This document shows positions 58,232 to 64,000 of a stretch of DNA of 64,000 bases, piece by piece. Every line of letters starts with the position of its first letter. Position 1 is the first letter of the stretch. The notes under the pieces were generated by a model. It was given only the letters and a program-made list of their open reading frames with translations, had not been told where the DNA came from and did no database searches. The position numbers and the translations under genes were made by a program. Origin of the DNA: Bacteroidales bacterium (lineage in GTDB: Bacteria > Bacteroidota > Bacteroidia > Bacteroidales > FEN-979); assembly GCA_049317265.1 (NCBI GenBank), contig JBMOIP010000001.1, positions 140,685-204,684 on the forward strand, written 5' to 3'.

Positions 58232-58328
58232 CCCGTCCGCCCGTCCACCCGTCCACCCGTCCGCCCGTCCGCCCGTCCGCTTGTCCACTTGTCCACTTGT
58301 CCACTTGTCCACTTGTCCACTTGCCCAC
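58232..58328. repeat. Compound octamer tandem repeat: CCCGTCC[G/A] x6, then CTTGTCCA x5, then CTTGCCCA
   Basis: Twelve contiguous 8-bp units are read directly, starting immediately after the terminator T-run. The ORF-track entries on both strands here (58081-58359, 58177-58392, 58289-58495) are translations of the repeat. Confidence 0.95.
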
Positions 58329-58341
58329 AATACAGCCCGAT

Positions 58342-58350
58342 CCCCCCCCC
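58342..58350. repeat. Poly(C)9 homopolymer tract
   Basis: gaTCCCCCCCCCgaattc is read directly, 245 nt upstream of the paralog 3 ATG. Confidence 0.9.
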
Positions 58351-58402
58351 GAATTCCACAGTGAAATTTTACAATATTATTACGAAAATTAAATTTTGTG
58401 AT

Positions 58403-58410
58403 TATCTTTG
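58403..58410 (+). promoter_or_regulatory. Candidate -7 box (TATCTTTG) upstream of paralog 3
   Basis: A perfect TAnnTTTG match 185 nt upstream of the ATG at 58595. It may or may not be the promoter in use. Confidence 0.3.
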
Positions 58411-58594
58411 CATGGAGATAAAATCGTTTATTATTGTCTTATTTGTTGATAATCAGCATAATAATTATTATTGCTGGTTATCTGTTTATACTTGAAAACA
58501 TATGTATGTTGAAAGTTTATTCCCCATATATATCAATAAGTTTATTGATACCCTTATATTAATAGTCAATTATTATTAACCTAAATTCATCTCT

Positions 58595-61500
58595 ATGAAA
58601 AACGTTACAAAAATGGTCATGATGCTGCTGGTTTTCGCCATGGCATTTATGATTGCACCTCAGGCCAGGTCGCAGACAGTTCTGCTGACTGAAAGCTGGG
58701 AAAATGGAGGAGCTATTCCTGCTAACTGGGCCACCGCCCAGGTGACTGGTACTACGCTTGGATTATCTTATATTCTGGGTGGTGCCCCTGGTTACCCGGT
58801 GGTTTCTGCAGCCTATAACGGCTCTTACTTTGTTAAATACAACTCGTTTTCAATTAGTGGTGCAGGCACCAATTCAACACGCCTCTACAGAACCACGGGC
58901 ACATCTACCGTAGGTTATGCAGGATCGTCTGTAGATTTTGCTTTTTACCATGACCTTGGCTATACGGGAAGTACTGACAATGTTAAAGTACAATATTCCA
59001 TTGATGGTGGAGCAACCTGGACAACAGCCGGAACACAGGTAAATCGTTATGACGGTTCTACCGGCTGGAAGATTCACACCATTACCCTTCCTGCCAATGC
59101 TGGCAACCAGGCAAACCTCAGAATTGGTTTCCTGTTCACTTCATTCTATGGCAACGACTGCTATCTTGACTTTGCACACCTGAATGGTATTGCTTTGGGC
59201 ACTTTATCAGGCACTGTTACAAGCGCTGCCGGTGGAGCTCCTATTGCAAACGCATCAGTTGTTGTAAATGCTCTTCCTCCCGTTCTTACCAACGCAGCCG
59301 GTTTCTATTCTGTTTCAAACCTCAATGCCGGAACTGTTAATGTTACTGTTACTGCCACTGGTTTTGTTCCTTATTCAGGTACAGCTTCCATTAGCGGCGG
59401 CGTTACCACCACCTTGAACATTTCAATGCTTCTGCCTCCAAGGGCAAGTGGTGTTGTGACCGATGCTTCAACTGGTAATTTTATCGTTGGCGCTACCGTG
59501 AAAATCGGTACAGGCGCTAACCAGACGACCACCTATACTACCGCTGGTGGTGTCTACCTCACAGCTCTTCTTCCGGTTGTTGGCGTTCAGCCTATCGTTA
59601 TCGGCAAAACCGGTTATGATGATTTCAGTGGCAACATTACACTGGCAGCTGGTACAACCGCTTCCCAGGATGCCGCTTTATTACCTACTGCTGTTCCTCC
59701 GGGACCTTTCACCGCAGTTTTGAACAATCCTACCACTCCGACTGCCGTCAACCTCAACTGGGGAGTTCCACAGGGATTCTACCAGATGATCTATGATGAT
59801 GGTACTCAGGATAATTTTGCTATCTGGGCAACTGCCAATAACCTCAATGCCTTAAAGTTCACCCCGCTGGGATGGCCAGTAAAACTCATTGGTGGTAAAG
59901 TAAACCTTGGAACTGTTTCAAATTACCCGACAGCCACAACCCTTCCGCTTGCCAAGTTTATGATGATGGCCTATAAAGCTGATGGTGCCGGTGGTCTTCC
60001 GGGAACAAAAATTGACAGTGTAGAAGTTACTGCCAACGCTTTTGGCTGGGTTGATTTCTCATTTGCAGCTCCTATAACTATCAACTCAGGTGATTTCTAC
60101 CTGGTGATGAAACAAGGTGGCATTCCTCCCCAGGCTGCCGGTCTTGGCGTTGACTTAACCAACACCCAACTCCGCAGCTATTCGAAATTTGTTACCGGTG
60201 GCGCTCCCTGGATTCCTGCCGCTGGCAATTTCATGATGCGTGCCATCATGCAGGGTGTAGGTGGTCCTATGCTGGGTGATAACGCTTCATCCAATAAGGA
60301 ACTCATCACTGCTGGTGCCGTTAATGGCCTTATCTATGAAACTCCTGTTACCACGGTTTCTGGTTATGAAGGCGTTGCCCGTACCGAGCCTTTCGATTGG
60401 TCAACCATGATGAATACCAATGTTGCCCAGCAATTTACGTTACCAGTTGCCGTCAACCAGACTGAGACTGACAATGGTGTTGGATCAACAATCGTTGGTA
60501 CTCCTGTAGTTCTTACCGATGCACCTTCTTCCGTACTGTTTGATAACGGATCAATGGTTACCGGTGTAGGTACTGGTTTTGGTGGCGCCGATGAGAGCAT
60601 GCTCCAGGCCCCGCTTACCGGCTATGGAAGCAACGTAAACCGCGCAGCATATTACCGCATCGCTGATGATTTCACCGTAAGTGGAACCGCATGGAATGTT
60701 ACCTCCCTCGAATTCTTTGGGTATCAGACCGGATCTACTACAACGTCATCATTTACCGCTGTTTACTGCCGGATTCTCAATGGTACACCGGGACAGCCTG
60801 GTACAACTGTTGTTTGGGGTGATACTACTACCAACAGAATGTCAAGCACTTCTTTCACGAATATTTACCGTGTTAGTGTTACTGGTAATACCCAGCGTCC
60901 GATCATGAAAATGGTTGTGAATACTTCCGGACTCACCCTGCCTGCAGGAAATTACTGGATTGAATTCAGCGCTGCCGGAACTATCGCTTCCGGCCCATGG
61001 TGTCCGTATGTAACCATCAACAATACTCCGACAACTGGTAATGGTTTGTTATTTACTGGTCTTGCCGGCGGTTATGTGCCCATCAATACAACTTATGGCC
61101 AGGGTGTTCCTTTCAAAATCAACGGAACCCAGCCAACCACCAGCACCATGAGCTACCAGGTATGGCGACTGAAACAAGGACAGGAAGGCAACCAGGCTCT
61201 CTGGACTTCCATCTGGACAGGCAACGTGAACACAACCGTTGACAATGGCTGGCCAACCCTTGCCTGCGCTCCTTACCGTTGGGCTGTTAAAGCGATCTAT
61301 TCCCCTCCGGGACAGCGTCCTTCAGCTCCGACATTCTCCAATGTAATTGGAAAATGCTGGATTGCCAATGTGAACGTTTGTGCTACCTTAACCTGCGCTG
61401 CCAATCCTAAAGCCGGTACCGTGGTTAAACTGGTAAACCAGGATTATCCTGACACAAACTACACCAAAACAACCGATACATCAGGTTGTGTGCATTTTAC

Positions 61501-64000
61501 CAACGTTTGGAAAGGTAACTACCAGTTGCAGGTGATTCGTTTCACTTACCCGGTATATACCCAGAACATCGTTATCAATGGTGATGCTTCCTATAACGTA
61601 ATGTTACTCCAGGATGCAGCTCCTGCTACCAACCTGGTTGTTAACGATCAGAGCCTCCATGCATCATGGAGTCCTCCAAGAGCAATGGTTTACCAGCTTG
61701 ACGAAACCTTTACCGCCGGTGGTTTCACAACCAACCAGTGGGTGGTTTCCGGCGGAACCAACTGGCAGATGTCTGCCGGTACAGGTAACCCAGCTCCATC
61801 AGCTTTCTTTAACTGGACCCCGACCGTAACAAACTACGATCAGTACCTCACCAGTAAGTCACTGGCAGGTGTTCATGCTCCCCAGATGAAACTGAAGTAT
61901 GACATCTTCCTCGACAACTATGGTACAACCAACCTGAATACAATGGCTGTTGAGCTTTGGAACGGAACAACTTGGTCCGTGCTGAAGACTTATGACAACT
62001 CATCAGGTGCTAATATTCCATGGACTTCAGAAACCCTTGATATCACTTCACAGACCCATAACCCCGCTTTCAAGGTTCGTTTCCATGCAGCTGGTGTTAG
62101 CTCTGTTGATATCGACGGATGGTATGTTGACAACATCAAGGTGGTAAGCACCGATGGAACAACAGGCCCGAATCCTTGCGTTATTGGTTACAACTTCTAT
62201 CTGAACAATGTATTGAGCGCTTTCACGCCTGATACCACTTACAACATTCCGCCGAACCAGGTGGTTTATGGCCAGACTTACCAGGCTTGCGTAAAAGCAG
62301 TTTATGGTAGCGGTTACAGCCCACAGATCTGTGTGAACTTCACTGCTCATTTCCTCTATCCTGCACGTGACCTCACAGCTACCGGTGTTGAATGTAACAC
62401 TTACTTAACCTGGAAGAAACCGGTTACCATGGGTGATGCTCCTGAAATTCTCGGAATGACCCAGCGTACCGATTTCCCGAATGCCAATGCCGAATTCTCT
62501 CCATTTATCTATACGATGAAGGAAAAAGAAAACAGCGATAACAGCGACGTTCTTTGGGATGTTCTTTATGGTTGGGCTGGTTCAGGTACAGGTCAGGCTG
62601 GTGTTGAAATCGTTGGTGACTTTATTTACTCCACTTCATGGAGTGTTGGACCACCCTGGTTCTTCAAATATCAGGCTACAACAGGTGCCCTTATTGAATC
62701 ATTCAGCATTCCTGGCGTAACTGCAGTCCGCGACCTTACCTATGATGGAACTCAATTCATGTATGGTGGTTCAAATGCTTCTTCTATCTATAAAATGGAC
62801 TTCAACACAAAAACACTGGTAGCTACTATTCCTACCTCTGTTCCAGGTGTGCGTCACATTGCTTATGATGTTACCAACAATGGTCTCTGGTGTGGTGGAT
62901 GGACGGATCTCTATCTCGTGAACATTACTACCGGCGCTACCATTGCTACTGGTCCTGCCGTAGTTAGCATTTATGGTTCAGCATGGGAAAACCAGACATC
63001 TGGTGGTCCATACCTCTGGCTCCACGGTCAGGGTGCAGCCGGAACCGGCGACGAATACCAGAAATGGAAAATTACCGGAACTACTGTAACAAACACTGGT
63101 GTTGTTCATAACAACGCAAGCACAAACATCAATGGTCCTGCCGGCGGTTTAGGTTGTGGCCAGGTTGGTACCAAATTGGCGCTTATCGGTTTGAACCAGG
63201 CAACTGCTGCAAGCTGGATCTGGGCAACTGAAATTGGTGATTGGTCAGGTGGCACAGGCGGTGGTTCAACCCCGGTTGGTCTCGTTGGATACAACATCTA
63301 TCGTGATGGCGCTTTCATTCACAGGAACCCACACCAGGATTCAATTACCTACTACGATTATGGTCTGAACCCGGGCACTTACAAATATGATGTAAAAGCC
63401 AGGTATGATCTGACTACTTATGGTTTCCCGGGACAGTTTGGTGAATCACTTACCAACACAGCCGGCGAAAAGACCGTAACCCTGAATTGCGGCGCTCCGC
63501 TGCCATTCTACGAACCATGGGATCTTGGAACATTTGCTTTCCAGAGCTGGGCTCCGACCGGACATTGGACAATGAACACCGGTATCGGTAATCCTGCACC
63601 ATGTGCCGACTTTACATGGCAACCTGCTATCGCCAACTATACCCAGGCCCTCACCAGCGAAGTAATTGATGCTTCTCCATGGACCTGTGCCAAGATTTGG
63701 CTTGATTTCGATTACAAACTGATCGACCGCAACAACACTGGTAAAGAAAAACTTACCATTGATATCTTCTACGGTGGCTCATGGCATCAGAAGTTGGAAG
63801 TTACCAACAACGGTTCAACCAACTGGATTCCAAAGCATATTGACATCAGCGCTGTGAAAGGTAAATCTTTCCGCATCCGCTTCGTTGCCAATGGTGTGAA
63901 CTCTGGCGATATGCTGCACTGGTATGTTGACAATATCCATGCTTATGGAATTTGTACTCCTGCTACTGCACTGCATGCTACACAGTCACATTTCACCACC
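58595..64000 (+). CDS. Giant T9SS-cargo-type protein, paralog 3 (at least 1802 aa; 3' end outside window)
   Basis: It is absent from the ORF track because no stop is reached. The frame from the ATG at 58595 stays open to nt 64000, exactly 1802 codons, and no same-frame ORF break is listed. The signal peptide is MKNVTKMVMMLLVFAMAFMIAPQARSQ. The translation is collinear with paralog 2, with long DNA blocks about 85-94% identical. Confidence 0.8.
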   Translation, partial: MKNVTKMVMMLLVFAMAFMIAPQARSQTVLLTESWENGGAIPANWATAQVTGTTLGLSYILGGAPGYPVVSAAYNGSYFVKYNSFSISGAGTNSTRLYRTTGTSTVGYAGSSVDFAFYHDLGYTGSTDNVKVQYSIDGGATWTTAGTQVNRYDGSTGWKIHTITLPANAGNQANLRIGFLFTSFYGNDCYLDFAHLNGIALGTLSGTVTSAAGGAPIANASVVVNALPPVLTNAAGFYSVSNLNAGTVNVTVTATGFVPYSGTASISGGVTTTLNISMLLPPRASGVVTDASTGNFIVGATVKIGTGANQTTTYTTAGGVYLTALLPVVGVQPIVIGKTGYDDFSGNITLAAGTTASQDAALLPTAVPPGPFTAVLNNPTTPTAVNLNWGVPQGFYQMIYDDGTQDNFAIWATANNLNALKFTPLGWPVKLIGGKVNLGTVSNYPTATTLPLAKFMMMAYKADGAGGLPGTKIDSVEVTANAFGWVDFSFAAPITINSGDFYLVMKQGGIPPQAAGLGVDLTNTQLRSYSKFVTGGAPWIPAAGNFMMRAIMQGVGGPMLGDNASSNKELITAGAVNGLIYETPVTTVSGYEGVARTEPFDWSTMMNTNVAQQFTLPVAVNQTETDNGVGSTIVGTPVVLTDAPSSVLFDNGSMVTGVGTGFGGADESMLQAPLTGYGSNVNRAAYYRIADDFTVSGTAWNVTSLEFFGYQTGSTTTSSFTAVYCRILNGTPGQPGTTVVWGDTTTNRMSSTSFTNIYRVSVTGNTQRPIMKMVVNTSGLTLPAGNYWIEFSAAGTIASGPWCPYVTINNTPTTGNGLLFTGLAGGYVPINTTYGQGVPFKINGTQPTTSTMSYQVWRLKQGQEGNQALWTSIWTGNVNTTVDNGWPTLACAPYRWAVKAIYSPPGQRPSAPTFSNVIGKCWIANVNVCATLTCAANPKAGTVVKLVNQDYPDTNYTKTTDTSGCVHFTNVWKGNYQLQVIRFTYPVYTQNIVINGDASYNVMLLQDAAPATNLVVNDQSLHASWSPPRAMVYQLDETFTAGGFTTNQWVVSGGTNWQMSAGTGNPAPSAFFNWTPTVTNYDQYLTSKSLAGVHAPQMKLKYDIFLDNYGTTNLNTMAVELWNGTTWSVLKTYDNSSGANIPWTSETLDITSQTHNPAFKVRFHAAGVSSVDIDGWYVDNIKVVSTDGTTGPNPCVIGYNFYLNNVLSAFTPDTTYNIPPNQVVYGQTYQACVKAVYGSGYSPQICVNFTAHFLYPARDLTATGVECNTYLTWKKPVTMGDAPEILGMTQRTDFPNANAEFSPFIYTMKEKENSDNSDVLWDVLYGWAGSGTGQAGVEIVGDFIYSTSWSVGPPWFFKYQATTGALIESFSIPGVTAVRDLTYDGTQFMYGGSNASSIYKMDFNTKTLVATIPTSVPGVRHIAYDVTNNGLWCGGWTDLYLVNITTGATIATGPAVVSIYGSAWENQTSGGPYLWLHGQGAAGTGDEYQKWKITGTTVTNTGVVHNNASTNINGPAGGLGCGQVGTKLALIGLNQATAASWIWATEIGDWSGGTGGGSTPVGLVGYNIYRDGAFIHRNPHQDSITYYDYGLNPGTYKYDVKARYDLTTYGFPGQFGESLTNTAGEKTVTLNCGAPLPFYEPWDLGTFAFQSWAPTGHWTMNTGIGNPAPCADFTWQPAIANYTQALTSEVIDASPWTCAKIWLDFDYKLIDRNNTGKEKLTIDIFYGGSWHQKLEVTNNGSTNWIPKHIDISAVKGKSFRIRFVANGVNSGDMLHWYVDNIHAYGICTPATALHATQSHFTT

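Noticed and set aside
58232-58328. The repeat array considered as a CRISPR array
   Set aside because: The units are 8 bp and directly abutting, with no spacers. No cas genes are present. It is a compound microsatellite-type tandem repeat.
58081-58495. ORF-track ORFs 58081-58359 (-), 58177-58392 (+) and 58289-58495 (+)
   Set aside because: Their translations (PSTRPPVRPSACPLVHLSTCPLVHL, GQVDKWTSGQVDKWTSGRADGRTGGRVDGRTG) are periodic read-outs of the octamer repeat and terminator. They overlap each other on both strands and have no start context.
58412-58495. A 27-codon ORF (MEIKSFIIVLFVDNQHNNYYCWLSVYT) just downstream of a perfect -7 box upstream of paralog 3
   Set aside because: The region is AT-rich, there is no conservation evidence, and no counterpart exists upstream of paralog 2. 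It cannot be distinguished from chance.

Overview
The window looks like a chromosomal segment of an anaerobic Bacteroidota-type organism. Three things support this: a GldG gene, C-terminal T9SS sorting domains on four secreted proteins, and TAnnTTTG -7 promoter boxes 20-90 nt upstream of many start codons. I saw no rRNA, tRNA, CRISPR array, transposase, integrase or recognisable defence gene.

Gene content from left to right:
- gldG (5' end cut by the window) plus a DUF4340-like partner, and a flippase-like membrane protein.
- gdhA.
- A REC-only response regulator followed by a 1292-aa protein with two sensor modules, a pseudo-REC, a REC and a PPDK_N domain.
- A NuoE-like / NuoF-like / giant 2Fe2S-GltD-NuoG-like fusion operon. 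It resembles a Stn/Nfn-Bfu-type electron-bifurcating complex and is followed by a rubrerythrin-like gene.
- Two convergent TMTC-like GT-C membrane proteins with TPR domains.
- A beta-helix T9SS cargo protein and a TonB-dependent receptor.
- A 14-kb accessory locus that combines a mini fatty-acid machinery (KASIII, SDR, two FAALs, two carrier domains) with a WecE-like aminotransferase, an ArnC-like GT2, a GNAT, an MBOAT plus partner, a sulfotransferase and a Wzx flippase.
- A BNR/Vps10-like protein, then mtnA, an OMP, serS and rplU-rpmA.
- Three tandem paralogous giant T9SS cargo genes, the last running off the window.

Most notable observations:
1. The giant paralogs are mosaic. An equal-length hypervariable cassette sits between flanks that are about 94% identical.
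2. They share an upstream dyad element, and the third has an 8-bp x 12 compound repeat plus a C9 tract upstream.
3. Short period-7/8 tandem repeats recur in intergenic spacers across the window.

All functional calls come from reading the translations by eye. No database search was run.
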